Of a stretch of 64,000 nt of DNA, positions 19,701 to 30,040 are shown in pieces. A model generated the notes under the pieces. That model had not been told where the DNA came from, searched no databases, and saw only the letters and a program-made list of their open reading frames with translations. The translations under genes and the position numbers were made by a program. The stretch lies in NCBI GenBank assembly GCA_048940925.1, contig JBHLOC010000028.1:1-64000 (forward strand), written 5' to 3'. Positions within the stretch are counted from its first letter, which is position 1. Each line of letters begins with the position of its first letter. This DNA is from Promethearchaeota archaeon (lineage in GTDB: Archaea; Asgardarchaeota; Lokiarchaeia; Sigyniarchaeales; SOKP01).

Positions 19701-22700
19701 CTCTGTTCAATATTCTTTTGCGCTTTTTCTAAAAGATTGAACGCGTCTTCTTTTCTTTTTTCAATAAATAATCTCTTTTCTTCCTGTTTTCTTAGTTTTT
19801 CTTCCTTCTCTCTCATTTTAAGTTGTTCTAATTTCATTTGTTCCGCTATCTTTTGCTGGATTAACTTATCTTCCTGTTCTCTTCTAAGATTTAATTCAAG
19901 TGCTTCAATTTTCTTTATATCATCATCTTTCTTTTTCTCCTGAATTTTTTGAATAGTTTCTCTAATGATATTAGTAGGAAAAGAAATTTCATTTAATAAT
20001 AGTTCTGCTTTACGATAATGTTCAATCGAATTATCATATTCACCCCGCTTTAATGATTTTTCAGCTTGATCCATAGCCTTAAAAGCTTCTACTTTATGGA
20101 TTTCCATTTGCTTAACTAATTCTTCACGTTTCTGAATTTCAAATTCCTTAGCTTCTAATCTTTCTTTTTCATTTTTTATATAAGTAGAAATTTTATTTTG
20201 GAATTGCTCCTCTTCTTTTTGACGATTTAATGCCATTTCAAATTCCAATTGTTTTTCTTTTTCCTTTTTCTCCTTTCTTTCTTGAATGGTTTGAATCGTT
20301 TCTTTTAACAATTTTAAATAATCTTCTCGCCACCCTATTCCTTTTAAGATTATTATAGCATTTTTATACTTTTCTAAAGCTTCATTGAACTTTTCCTCTT
20401 TGAGATAATTATCGGTCTGTTCAAAAATTTTAAATGCTCTTTCTTGTTCAACAAGATTTAGTGCTGAAATATTTTTCTCTTTTTCAAGCTTTTTTTGCTC
20501 TTCTAAAGCTTGTACCTTTTCTCTTTCTCTTTGAACTAATATCTTGTTCATAAATACTTTATCTGCTGTTTCTTTTTCAATTGCTTGTTTTAATAATTTT
20601 TGTTTATTAAGTTCATTCTCTCTCTTTTTCTCTTTAATATCATCTATTGTAGTTTGAATAATTGGAATTTCTTCTATCCATTGTATCTGGGCAAATATAT
20701 TTGCTATATCATAATAGATTTCAATAGCATCGTCAAATTTTCCAAAAGAAAGGAAATTTTGAGCTTTTTCTAACAAATCAAATGCTTCATTCTTTTTACT
20801 TTCTTGATAAATTCTCAATTTTTCTTTTTCCATTAAAGTAAATTCTTTTTCTTTCAATTTTTCACTTTGGGCTTTCAAATCTCTAGTGATAAGTTCTTGA
20901 AACCTTTTATTCTCTTTTTCACGCTCAAAGTCGGCTTGAATTTTCAATTGTTTTTGCAATTTGGCCTCTTTTTTCTGATTTTCAATTTCTATTATAGAAT
21001 TTTGAATTAAGCTTATTTCATTTTTCCAATTTGCGTCTGCAAAAAAATTGATAGCATACCGCAATATTTCAATAGCATCATCAAAATGACCTTGTTTTAA
21101 ATTTTCCTGTGATTCTTCTAATAATTTAAAACCTGCTATTCTTCTTTCTTCACGTATTTGTAATTCTTTCTCCTGTTCTCTTAACTGAATTTCTTGTCTT
21201 TTCAGTTTTTCCTTTTCTTGTTTTAAATGTTTAGTAATTTGCTTTTGAAAAGCTTCTTCCTTTTTTTCTCTTTCTAGAGCATCTTGCATCTTTTTTTGTC
21301 TTAAAATCTTTTGATCACTTTGCAATTTTTCCACTTGGTGTATAGAACTTTCAATTAAAGGAATTTCCTCAGTCCATCGTATTTCAGCAAAAATATTGCC
21401 GGCATTTTGGTATGCCTCTATAGCGTTATCATATTCTCCTCTTTTCACAAAATTTAATGCTGAATCTAAAAACTCAAAAGCTTTTTCCCTTCTCTCTTTA
21501 AAATATTTTACTTCTACTTCTTTTTCCTTTAAAACTATCTCTCTTTTTTTTAATTGCTCACGCTCTTTATTTAATTGAGTAGCAATTTGCTTCTGGAAAT
21601 CAACTTCAGCTTGTTTACTTTTTTCCAATCGTTTTTGATCCTCATATTGCATCTTTAGTCTAGCATTTTTAAGCTTCTCAATATTTAATATTGTATTTTT
21701 AATTGTGTTGATGTAAGTTTCCCAACCTGCTCCTAAATCCTCTAAAATTACCAATGCTTTCTGATACTCATTAATAGCTCCTTCAAAGTTTTTTTCCTTC
21801 AAAATATCATCTGCTTTATCTAAAATCTTAAAGAGATCTTTCTCTTTTTCTAGATAAACTTTCCTTTTTAATTCAAATTCTTCTCTCTTATTCTCTAATT
21901 CTTTAGCAGATTCTATCGCCTGCTTCATTTCCTTTAAATAAATAGATTCTTGAACTCTGAACAATTCTTTTTCTCGTTTTTCTTTAAGAAGTTCAGAATT
22001 TTTTTCTCTTTCTTGCTTTTCCTTGATACTACTTATTAAATTAATTACTGGTTGAATATAAGAATCCCATTCTATAGATTTAAGGAGCTGAATTGCTTCT
22101 TCAAGTTTCTCGATTGCTTTATTATATTCTCTTTCTCTTTCAAACTTTTTTCCTATATCAATTAAATTGAAAGCTTTAATTTGTACTTGCTCTTCAATTC
22201 TTTTGCGTTCTTCAAACTCAATAAGTTTATTTCTTTGCAAGTCTGCTTCTGAATTTAATGCTTCAGAGTCTTCCTCAATTTTACTAGTTATCGGTGTTAT
22301 AGCTTGTTTTTGTTGAATTTGAAATTTTTCAATCTGTTCTTTATCTCTTTTAAGTTTTTCGATAATCGTTAAGATATTCTGAGTTTGGGCAGTCCAGCCT
22401 ATGGAATTTAATAATTGGACTGCTTCTTTATAATTGTTAATTGCATTATCAAACTTTCTTTCCTTTTCAAAAACCTTGGCTTTATCAATAAGGGAGAAAG
22501 CTTCATTTTGTACTTCCTCTTCATGTTTCTTCTGTTCTCTATATCTAGCAATCGTTTCTGCTTTCTCTGGAGCTGATTTTTCTCCAAACATTCCAACAAT
22601 TTGAGGTGATTCATCCATCTGGGGTTGTGAGATTTTTTCTAATGAAATCTTTTCCTGTTGTTGTTTTAATTGAAATTCTTTTTGCTGCTTGATATTACTA

Positions 22701-23113
22701 GCTAGATTTTTTATTTTTTCTCTCAAATTTTCTAATTGTAACTCAGACCAACCAGATTGGGATAATAAATTAATAGCAGACATATATTGTTGAATAGCTT
22801 CTTCATAATAACCGTTAGATTCTAATTCTTTTGCTCCTTCTAATATTGAAAAAGCTTGATCTTGAATATGTTCTAATTGCGCTTGAATCTGAGTTCGTTC
22901 ATATAATTTTTCTTGTTTAAGAAAATTATTTAATTCTTCTATTCTTTCATATATATCTTTAATTCTATGAGTTAATACTCCACTCTGCTTTAGATATTCG
23001 GCAGCCTTTTGATAATGAGATATTGCCTTTTCTGCCTTACGCTCTTCTTCAAAACCTTGAGCTAGTTCTAAAAATTTTAAGGCTTCCTGAGCTAATTCAT
23101 CTGGATTATGCAT
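16739..23113 (-). CDS. Giant (2124 aa) helical repeat protein: about 18 MIT/TPR-like bundles joined by charged helices
   Basis: Repeated AFxLLDxA...xxFDxAIxxYxxAxxILxxIGW units separated by E/K/Q/R-rich spacers. Confidence 0.85.
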   Translation of the reverse strand: MHNPDELAQEALKFLELAQGFEEERKAEKAISHYQKAAEYLKQSGVLTHRIKDIYERIEELNNFLKQEKLYERTQIQAQLEHIQDQAFSILEGAKELESNGYYEEAIQQYMSAINLLSQSGWSELQLENLREKIKNLASNIKQQKEFQLKQQQEKISLEKISQPQMDESPQIVGMFGEKSAPEKAETIARYREQKKHEEEVQNEAFSLIDKAKVFEKERKFDNAINNYKEAVQLLNSIGWTAQTQNILTIIEKLKRDKEQIEKFQIQQKQAITPITSKIEEDSEALNSEADLQRNKLIEFEERKRIEEQVQIKAFNLIDIGKKFEREREYNKAIEKLEEAIQLLKSIEWDSYIQPVINLISSIKEKQEREKNSELLKEKREKELFRVQESIYLKEMKQAIESAKELENKREEFELKRKVYLEKEKDLFKILDKADDILKEKNFEGAINEYQKALVILEDLGAGWETYINTIKNTILNIEKLKNARLKMQYEDQKRLEKSKQAEVDFQKQIATQLNKEREQLKKREIVLKEKEVEVKYFKERREKAFEFLDSALNFVKRGEYDNAIEAYQNAGNIFAEIRWTEEIPLIESSIHQVEKLQSDQKILRQKKMQDALEREKKEEAFQKQITKHLKQEKEKLKRQEIQLREQEKELQIREERRIAGFKLLEESQENLKQGHFDDAIEILRYAINFFADANWKNEISLIQNSIIEIENQKKEAKLQKQLKIQADFEREKENKRFQELITRDLKAQSEKLKEKEFTLMEKEKLRIYQESKKNEAFDLLEKAQNFLSFGKFDDAIEIYYDIANIFAQIQWIEEIPIIQTTIDDIKEKKRENELNKQKLLKQAIEKETADKVFMNKILVQREREKVQALEEQKKLEKEKNISALNLVEQERAFKIFEQTDNYLKEEKFNEALEKYKNAIIILKGIGWREDYLKLLKETIQTIQERKEKKEKEKQLEFEMALNRQKEEEQFQNKISTYIKNEKERLEAKEFEIQKREELVKQMEIHKVEAFKAMDQAEKSLKRGEYDNSIEHYRKAELLLNEISFPTNIIRETIQKIQEKKKDDDIKKIEALELNLRREQEDKLIQQKIAEQMKLEQLKMREKEEKLRKQEEKRLFIEKRKEDAFNLLEKAQKNIEQSNFDDAIILYQKATEVFKEIQWDDEIDLIQRAINEVKNKKGETELKKQMELKASLEREKEDKLFHKLVLEDMKTRSEKLRQREIILRKQEEELAFREEKREEGFKLLDKANNFLSQGKFEDVIEIYRDVANIFAQIQWNDEIPILENAIQNILQRKREDDTLNAKLLQDSINKEKENYEFMEQIQLYRNRERAMAIEEEENLKSQKLISAQNLMKQQEAFNLINNGYESLKHQDFDNAIVSYQHAIQILNEIGWTSEYLKLLTNTIATIEKRKSDLERQEELEKELKIKQQQEQQQFQSKISESILREKKRLEVKELKIQERKNLLQKMESRKLEAFEIMDHAENLLKQAEYDKTTEMYRKAELILSEIGFPTNLIREMIYKVQMKSREDLTRKQMELKSKFQKDREQFEFQQKIAENIKINELKMKSKQIELERQNKYRAYMEKRKDDAFRILDEAEIYMNQAQYDKALEYYHSAELILNEISFPTEAIRETIQKVQEKKKEHLIQIQNDLQLSIQREREVWEFEQNISNSLQLEKERLQNKQIKIQERNELKARLEMRKEHAFNILDDAEKFLKASKYKKAIESYRKAGLILNELQFPTDSINNMILKVNKLIKQREEQEELKIQKEIDRLKEEKALKILIDERKRQEEEKKKAQLLAQKQREKMIQEQMSVRESAYSLLDEAGKYLKQLTPDFNNAISLYVQARNILAENIGWEPEINNLNALLKDLQQEQVNYFKKKKLEEETRIQRQIEYEKFQEEVRRRRLEQELLKREQEKQYRELFVKKKHFGQIRDEGLKFIDEGKKLVAYHDFENAYEKFNNAISKFKEIGWQEEIKYIESEIKNTKILETRIKAEESRINEIQKQLENQRILEKRRREVKDAEMEQAISEVSNETDKIMKLIEEGLSKAKSKDKEQKEQIKLEAKEFRKKMSDLIKIKQELIDEIGKRAKEKKKEEEKLKRDKEREEIDSLKKLIKEADKGKKKRE

Positions 23114-23248
23114 ATTAAATTAATCTTTTGTTTTGTAATTTAATTAAAAATATAACTACTGTTTTTCTTACTTAATTTACACTAAGTAATTAAACTTTTT
23201 ATATTGTGATAACTATTTTAACTAAATTAATAAATACGATGAATATTT

Positions 23249-25201
23249 TTGAGCCAGAAATTAAATAGTAGAATTATAATAGATTTTGAGCCGATTTCAA
23301 GAAGATTTTATCTACAAGAGGATAAAACGCTTTACGAAATCCTTACCGATTTGAATATTCCTATTCAAACTATATGTGGGGGATCAGGAACATGTGGAAA
23401 ATGCAAGATTTTAATTCAGAAAGGCAAAGAATATTTAACATCAATAACAAAAAATGAAAAAAAATTTTTAAATATAGAAGAACTTGAGATGGGCTGGCGA
23501 TTAGCTTGTCAGACAAGAATAAATAAAAATGATATAAAAGAATTAGAAAAACAATCTTCCCCTCAATTTCGGATATTCCTACCAAATGAATTATTAATTG
23601 AGGATTTCAAAATCTTAGTAACTGGACCAGAAAAAGGTACAGAATTGCGACCAGCAATTAAAAAAGTCTATATTGAGGTTAAGAAACCAACTTTAGAAGA
23701 ACCTGTTCCTGATTTTGAAAGAGTTTTAACCGATCTACTAGCTCAAAATAAAGATATAACAAAAAATATTCAAATTGATTTTAATGTATTGCACGATTTA
23801 CCAGATATTTTAAGGCAAAATGACCATAAAATTACATTAGTTTTATGGAATTCTAATAAAATTATTGATTGCCAATTGGGGAATACTACTTCTAATAATT
23901 TTGGAATTGCATTTGATATTGGGACAACAACTATTGTAGGTTATTTAATCAATTTAAATGACGGGAAAATATATTCTATTGATTCAAAATTAAATAGTCA
24001 AACCGCTTATGGAGAAGATGTTATTACACGCTTAACTTATATTAAAAATGATAAAAATAAGCTCAAAATTTTAAATTCTACTTTAATAAATGATTTAAAT
24101 AAAATTATTGACAAGACCTCAACCGAAGCTAATATTAATCCTTCTCAAATTTATGAAGCCACTATTGTTGGTAATTCTGTTATGCATCATTTATTTCTAG
24201 GATTAGATCCTGTGAATATTGGATTAAGCCCATATATTCCTGTAATTAAAAAAGGATTAAACATTAAAGCGAGAGATTTAAAACTTAACATCTCTAAAAA
24301 AGGAAATGTTTATACTGCTCCACTTATTGCTGGATTCGTTGGAGCCGATACGATTGGAGTAATACTTTCTTCTAAAATTGAAAATGAAAAAGAACTTACG
24401 TTAGCAATTGACATTGGTACGAATGGTGAAATTATTATAGGAAATCATAAAGTTTTAGCTGTTGGATCATGCGCTGCAGGCTCCGCATTAGAAGGAGCAC
24501 ACATCCGTGATGGAATGCGCGCAGCATCAGGTGCAATCGATTCTATAAAAATATCCCCTAAAAGCCTTGATGTCTCTTACACAACAATTAGAAATAAAGC
24601 ACCTATAGGAATTTGTGGTTCTGGTTTAGTAGATGCTATAGCAGAAATGTTGAAATCTAAAATTCTAACTAGAAGTGGAAATTTTAACAAAGAATTGCTT
24701 GACCATGAAAGATTTATTAAAAAAGATAAAAATAATGAATTTATTATAGTTAAAAGAAATGAAACATCAATTGAGAAAGATATAACTCTTACTCAAAATG
24801 ATGTTAGACAAATTCAGATGGCAAAAGCCGCCTTTTACTCAGGTGCAAGGATCATTTTACAACATTTAGGAGATTCATTAGAAATTGAGCAAGTATTTTT
24901 AGCAGGAGCTTTTGGAAACTATATTAATCCTAAAAATGCTAAATTTATTGGTATGATTCCAGATATCAATGATGAGAAAATTTATCAAATTGGAAATGCA
25001 GCAGGGATAGGAGCTCAATATTGTTTACTAAATAAGAATTTAAGAGATAAGGCAGAACAGTTATTAGCTAAAATTCAATATGTAGAGATTGCTGTAAAAA
25101 AAGAATTTCAAAAAGAATATGCTGAAGCTATGTATTTTCCTCACTTAAATTTAAATTTATTTCCAAATTTAAAAGAGTATAAAGAAATACCGAAAAGATA
25201 A
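23249..25201 (+). CDS. ASKHA-type reductive activator of corrinoid proteins (RACo/RamA-like) with N-terminal 2Fe-2S domain
   Basis: CGGSGTCGKC...RLACQ ferredoxin; AFDIGTTT, YGEDVITR, IDIGTNGEI, GICGSG, LAGAFGNY, GNAAGIGA. Confidence 0.92.
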   Translation: MSQKLNSRIIIDFEPISRRFYLQEDKTLYEILTDLNIPIQTICGGSGTCGKCKILIQKGKEYLTSITKNEKKFLNIEELEMGWRLACQTRINKNDIKELEKQSSPQFRIFLPNELLIEDFKILVTGPEKGTELRPAIKKVYIEVKKPTLEEPVPDFERVLTDLLAQNKDITKNIQIDFNVLHDLPDILRQNDHKITLVLWNSNKIIDCQLGNTTSNNFGIAFDIGTTTIVGYLINLNDGKIYSIDSKLNSQTAYGEDVITRLTYIKNDKNKLKILNSTLINDLNKIIDKTSTEANINPSQIYEATIVGNSVMHHLFLGLDPVNIGLSPYIPVIKKGLNIKARDLKLNISKKGNVYTAPLIAGFVGADTIGVILSSKIENEKELTLAIDIGTNGEIIIGNHKVLAVGSCAAGSALEGAHIRDGMRAASGAIDSIKISPKSLDVSYTTIRNKAPIGICGSGLVDAIAEMLKSKILTRSGNFNKELLDHERFIKKDKNNEFIIVKRNETSIEKDITLTQNDVRQIQMAKAAFYSGARIILQHLGDSLEIEQVFLAGAFGNYINPKNAKFIGMIPDINDEKIYQIGNAAGIGAQYCLLNKNLRDKAEQLLAKIQYVEIAVKKEFQKEYAEAMYFPHLNLNLFPNLKEYKEIPKR

Positions 25202-25392
25202 ATATATTTTTAAATATATAAAATTCAATTTGAGTTTTTGTAAAAATATTTAAATTTTTAATTTATCTAATCTTTAATTTAATTTGTATTGTCAAATTAA
25301 ATAAATTCTTAAATATCATTTACAATAATATTTTATATAAATAAACAAAAATTTAAAAAAAAAATATAAATTAACAACGTGAATAAAGCCTT

Positions 25393-25917
25393 ATGTCGAG
25401 TTTTAAGCTCAAAGTATTATTAACAGGAGCAGCTGCTGTAGGCAAAACCAGCCTTGTCCAACGATTTATTAAAAATAGATTTCAAGCTAATTATAAATTA
25501 ACTGTTGGAGTAGATATATTGACGAAAGATGTTGAATTCCGATCTGGTGAAATAGCAACTCTGTCGATATGGGATATTGGAGGACAGCAACGCTTCGAAT
25601 TCATTCGAAGTACCTTCTATAAAGGTGCCGCAGGTGCTTTATTGGTCTTTGACTTAACTCGAGAACAAACTTATACAGAAACTCGAAAATGGTTGACAGA
25701 AATACGTCAATTTGCAGGTGAAAATATTCCCTTTGTACTTATTGGAAACAAAGCAGATTTAATGGAGGATGTTGGAGTAGTTATTGATAGAAATGAAGCA
25801 CGTTCATATGCTGAAAATGAGGGTAGTATTTATATAGAAACATCTGCTAAAACAGGAGTGAATGTAGATGAGGCTTTCACAGAACTTACACGTAGAATCA
25901 TTGATTCTAGGTCCTAA
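25393..25917 (+). CDS. Rab-like small GTPase
   Basis: G1 GAAAVGKT, G2 TVGVD, G3 WDIGGQ, G4 NKAD, G5 TSAK; RabF-like motifs; no C-terminal Cys. Confidence 0.95.
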   Translation: MSSFKLKVLLTGAAAVGKTSLVQRFIKNRFQANYKLTVGVDILTKDVEFRSGEIATLSIWDIGGQQRFEFIRSTFYKGAAGALLVFDLTREQTYTETRKWLTEIRQFAGENIPFVLIGNKADLMEDVGVVIDRNEARSYAENEGSIYIETSAKTGVNVDEAFTELTRRIIDSRS

Positions 25918-26011
25918 CATTTAAAATGTAGTTTTTTCTTCTAATTAGATAAATAAGTTAATTCCTAATTTTAAAAAAGTATTAGTCTAATTACACTTTC
26001 ATTAAAAAGAT

Positions 26012-27427
26012 TTAGTTAGTAGGCTCAAATTCTTCATAAAGATCATCATGGATGATTTTTATCGCGTCTATTAATTGATCTTTTGCTATAACAATAGAAA
26101 AATTTAGTTCATCATAACTTTGGGAAATAGATTTAACTGTTATATTCTTTTTATCTAAAGCATTAAAAATTTCTGCTTTAGTTCGGTTTTCAAGGACCTT
26201 TAGACCAGTTATGTTAATCACTGCAACATCTTCCCATTTAATCTCAAAAAATTCAGAGAAAAACTCAGAATTATTTAACGCTTGAATCGCTCTTTTTGAA
26301 TCTTCTGCCCTTACAATGAATGATGTGCTTATTTCAGAAGAACTTTGCGCTACCAGTGAAACACTAATATTATTTTTACTCATTTTTTTGAATATTTTTG
26401 CTAAAATCCCTGGAACATCAACCATACTCCCAGAAATTATAGTAATTATTGTCGCTAATTCTACAGCAGAAATTCCCTTAATATGCTTTACATCAGTATG
26501 TTCAGAAATCTCAGTAAAGTTCTCTTCTAATGGGTTTTCAAAATTTCTGATTTCTAAGGGAATTTTATATTTTTCAATTGCTTCTAAACATTTAGGATGG
26601 AGAATTTTGGCTCCAAAATTAGCAATATGTTTTGCTTCAGTATAATCTAGATTCTTAATAAGAGAAGATTGAGGAACATACTTTGGATTAATTGCTAATA
26701 ATCCCCCAACATCTTTCCATAAAATTACTTTAATATCTTTATCTTTACCTACATTATAAAGTGAATGTGCTAAAATCGTTGCTGAATAGTCTGAACCTCC
26801 TCTTCCTAATGTTGTAATATATCCAATTTTATTTCTTCCAATAAAGCCTGTAAAACATATGATTATATCTTTTCTAGGATTCTCTAAAATTGGGATTACA
26901 AGTTTTTGAACTCTAGAGTTTGTCAAGTCATATAAAGGATAAGCGTTATTGAATTCATCATCTGTGATAATTACTTTGCTTGCTGGAATATAGACAGACT
27001 CTAATTTTTTACTTGCTAAATACTGATCTAAAATATAAGTTGATAATATTTCACCAAAACTCAATACATAATCTTTATAGTAAGGTTCTAACCCAAATTC
27101 TTTAACATCTGCTAATGTATCTTCTAATTCACTTAATTTATCATCTAACCAATCTTTTACTTTAAAATAATATTCAGATTCTTCTTTAAATATCTGTTCA
27201 ATAATATTAATATGCTTTTTCTCAATTAATGCAATATTTTTATCAATATCTTTAATTTCTTCTAATTTAAGTGCTGTTTTTAAAAGTAAATCAGTTATTC
27301 CGCTAAAAGCTGAGGTTACATATACTTTTTTTGAATTTTTATAGAGTTTGGTAATTTTAAGAATTTGCTTAAAGGAATTTAAATCATTTAAACAAGATCC
27401 TCCGAATTTCATAACTACAATCGGCAT
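26012..27427 (-). CDS. lysC: Aspartate kinase
   Basis: VMKFGGS, TTLGRGGSDYSAT, FGAKILHPK, two ACT domains. Confidence 0.93.
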   Translation of the reverse strand: MPIVVMKFGGSCLNDLNSFKQILKITKLYKNSKKVYVTSAFSGITDLLLKTALKLEEIKDIDKNIALIEKKHINIIEQIFKEESEYYFKVKDWLDDKLSELEDTLADVKEFGLEPYYKDYVLSFGEILSTYILDQYLASKKLESVYIPASKVIITDDEFNNAYPLYDLTNSRVQKLVIPILENPRKDIIICFTGFIGRNKIGYITTLGRGGSDYSATILAHSLYNVGKDKDIKVILWKDVGGLLAINPKYVPQSSLIKNLDYTEAKHIANFGAKILHPKCLEAIEKYKIPLEIRNFENPLEENFTEISEHTDVKHIKGISAVELATIITIISGSMVDVPGILAKIFKKMSKNNISVSLVAQSSSEISTSFIVRAEDSKRAIQALNNSEFFSEFFEIKWEDVAVINITGLKVLENRTKAEIFNALDKKNITVKSISQSYDELNFSIVIAKDQLIDAIKIIHDDLYEEFEPTN

Positions 27428-27607
27428 ATTTCCCCAATTTAACTTATGACGCTCTATTTCTTTTAATTTTTATTAATAAATATATTTTATCCAATAAAAA
27501 TCATAAATATGTCATTATCTATTTTAAGTAATTATTATCTAAATAAAGCTGAATAAATGCATTCAATTTAAGAAAAAGTAAAATGATATGAATAATTTAA
27601 CAATAGG

Positions 27608-28480
27608 ATGATAGATTTACATTTACATTCTACTAATTCTGACGGCCTTCAAACACCTTCTCAATTAATTAATTTAGCAGCTGAGCTTAGATTAAAAGCA
27701 ATTGCATTAACAGATCATGATACTGTAACTGGAATAGAAGAATTTTTATTATATGGCGAGGATAAAGAAATAATTGTTATCCCGGGTTTAGAAATATCAT
27801 TAAAACATGAGCCGGAGAGAGAAATAATAGATGTTCATGTAATTGGATTGAATATTGATCATAGATCATCAAAATTGATTAACAAAATTGAAGATCAAAT
27901 AAAAGGTAGATTAGAACAAAAAAAAGCAATTTGTAAACGTCTGAGAGAAGAATTTGGGTATTATATTCCTTTTGAAGAAGTTGAAGCCTATGCTGGAGGA
28001 AAGGTTGTTGGTAGACCACATATAATTGAAGTTTTGAAAAAAAACAACCCTGATAAAATTAAAGGAAAATCTACCGATCAACTATTTAAGATGATAAGTA
28101 TAAATGGAGAAGCATTCGTAGATCGTGAAATAGAACTCAATCTTGAAGAATCAATTGAATTGATTAAATCATCGGGTGGAATTCCAATTCTTGCACACCC
28201 TGGTATTTATGAGGTTTCAAATAGAACTAAATTTATAGAATTATGTATTAGTGCGGGAATAGAGGGAATCGAAGTGGAGTATACATATGATAAAAATAGA
28301 CCTTTTTCCCAAACAGACAGAGCAAATTGGGCACAAACCTATTTTCCAGATTATTTTCGTAAAATTGCTGAAAATTATAACCTCATCAAATCGGGAGGGT
28401 CTGATTATCACGGTGGTAAAAAGGGGATAAAAATTGGGGATGCTAATGTTCCAGATTCATATTTAAAGAATTTTATTTAA
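27608..28480 (+). CDS. PHP domain phosphoesterase (TrpH/YciV-like)
   Basis: DLHLHSTNSDG, ALTDHDT, GRPHI, LAHPG, GGSDYHG. Confidence 0.92.
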   Translation: MIDLHLHSTNSDGLQTPSQLINLAAELRLKAIALTDHDTVTGIEEFLLYGEDKEIIVIPGLEISLKHEPEREIIDVHVIGLNIDHRSSKLINKIEDQIKGRLEQKKAICKRLREEFGYYIPFEEVEAYAGGKVVGRPHIIEVLKKNNPDKIKGKSTDQLFKMISINGEAFVDREIELNLEESIELIKSSGGIPILAHPGIYEVSNRTKFIELCISAGIEGIEVEYTYDKNRPFSQTDRANWAQTYFPDYFRKIAENYNLIKSGGSDYHGGKKGIKIGDANVPDSYLKNFI

Positions 28481-28524
28481 TGTGATATCTAAAATATCAT
28501 TTTTTTTAATTCAACCTTACTGTA

Positions 28525-29994
28525 CTAACTAATTTCTCCCTGAGATTTAATATTAATCGCTCTTTCTTTCAAAATCTCTCTAATCTGATTAGTATCTTTT
28601 TCGCTTGTAAAGAAAAGTGGAATCCATAAGCAAATAGATAAAACACCAAATATTAAAGTTGACCATAATATTGTTAACGAAAAACTATCTGTCCAGGCAA
28701 TTATAAAACCTCCTAGAATGACTCCAATCGTTCTTCCTACGAAATCAATAAACGTTCCCATTGCTACCACTGTTCCTTTGTGCTCAGGTAAATTTACATC
28801 TATTAAAGCACTATACCAATTGGGTGCGATTCCAAAAGTAAAGGCAAATCCAATCCCTAATAACGAGGAAAAACAAATCCATAAAACCCAAAATACTGTT
28901 AAATTAACTGATACACTCCCAAAAAAGAATGTCTTATTTGCAACATTAGGTGTCATTATAAATCCTCCTAAAAGAAATGGTAATGTAAGAATTGAACAAA
29001 TTGTAGCAACTTTAATCCTTCCACTTAAATCACCACTTCTTACTTTTTTGTCTCCCAGATGAGCTAACCAAAACTGTCCAAAAATAAGTCCAAAACCAAA
29101 AACAAAGAGAAGAAGAACACCAAGAGTTAAAATACCAAAAAAATCAGAAAATGAAATTCCGAGTTCAAGATTAAAATAAGGGAAAATATATGCAACAACT
29201 AAACCCGAAGCTATTACATCAAAGAAATTTAAAGTTAAGAAAATATTGGATTTGCGCTTGTATATATTTTTCAAGTCACCAAATTTTATTTTATAAGAAT
29301 ACTGAAGAGTATCCTCCGTTAAGATAGATTCTAAAAACTTTTCTTTTGCAGCTCTTTTTGGCTCAACAGTAAGAAATAAACCGAAAATAGTGAAAATTAA
29401 ACCAACTATACCAAGAATTAAAAAAGGGTAGCGCCATGTGTTTAATAAATTAGGAAAATTTAGAGAGATATATGAGATATTTTCTCTAATACTTTTAGAT
29501 TCTATATCAACTCTTTCATATGGAATTTTATTAAAGGATAATGCGAAGAATGTAGCAAATAACGATCCGATCGTTGACACCAATGACCACACCGCAAAGG
29601 ATTTTGACCTAGATTCTGAAGAAACCATATCAGCAATGTATGAAATGATTAAAGGAGCTGTTATTCCTGTAGCTATAGCGGCAAAGATACGTGCTATAAC
29701 TAACTGCCAGAGTTCTGTGATAAAAATATGAAGTATTGCTGTAATAGACCAAAGTAGCCCTGCCATAATTAACAATTTCTTTCTTTCAAATAGATCAGTA
29801 GTATATCCGGATATTACGATAGTTATTGCATGGATTATGGTATAAATCCCAAGAATAATTCCAATAGTATCAAAAAAAATACCTAAATCTGCAGCAATTA
29901 AGACTTGATTTGGTAGTATTAATGGATTATCCATTATAATAATAATTACTAAGATAAAAAAAAAGGATAATGAGAGATATTCTCGTTTTTTCAT
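28525..29994 (-). CDS. MFS transporter
   Basis: About 12 TM segments; motif A GYTTDLFERK; SYIADMVSSESRSKSF. Confidence 0.88.
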   Translation of the reverse strand: MKKREYLSLSFFFILVIIIIMDNPLILPNQVLIAADLGIFFDTIGIILGIYTIIHAITIVISGYTTDLFERKKLLIMAGLLWSITAILHIFITELWQLVIARIFAAIATGITAPLIISYIADMVSSESRSKSFAVWSLVSTIGSLFATFFALSFNKIPYERVDIESKSIRENISYISLNFPNLLNTWRYPFLILGIVGLIFTIFGLFLTVEPKRAAKEKFLESILTEDTLQYSYKIKFGDLKNIYKRKSNIFLTLNFFDVIASGLVVAYIFPYFNLELGISFSDFFGILTLGVLLLFVFGFGLIFGQFWLAHLGDKKVRSGDLSGRIKVATICSILTLPFLLGGFIMTPNVANKTFFFGSVSVNLTVFWVLWICFSSLLGIGFAFTFGIAPNWYSALIDVNLPEHKGTVVAMGTFIDFVGRTIGVILGGFIIAWTDSFSLTILWSTLIFGVLSICLWIPLFFTSEKDTNQIREILKERAINIKSQGEIS

Positions 29995-30040
29995 GAATAA
30001 TCTTAGCTCTTAAGTTTAGAAAAATTATTATTTAATGAGC

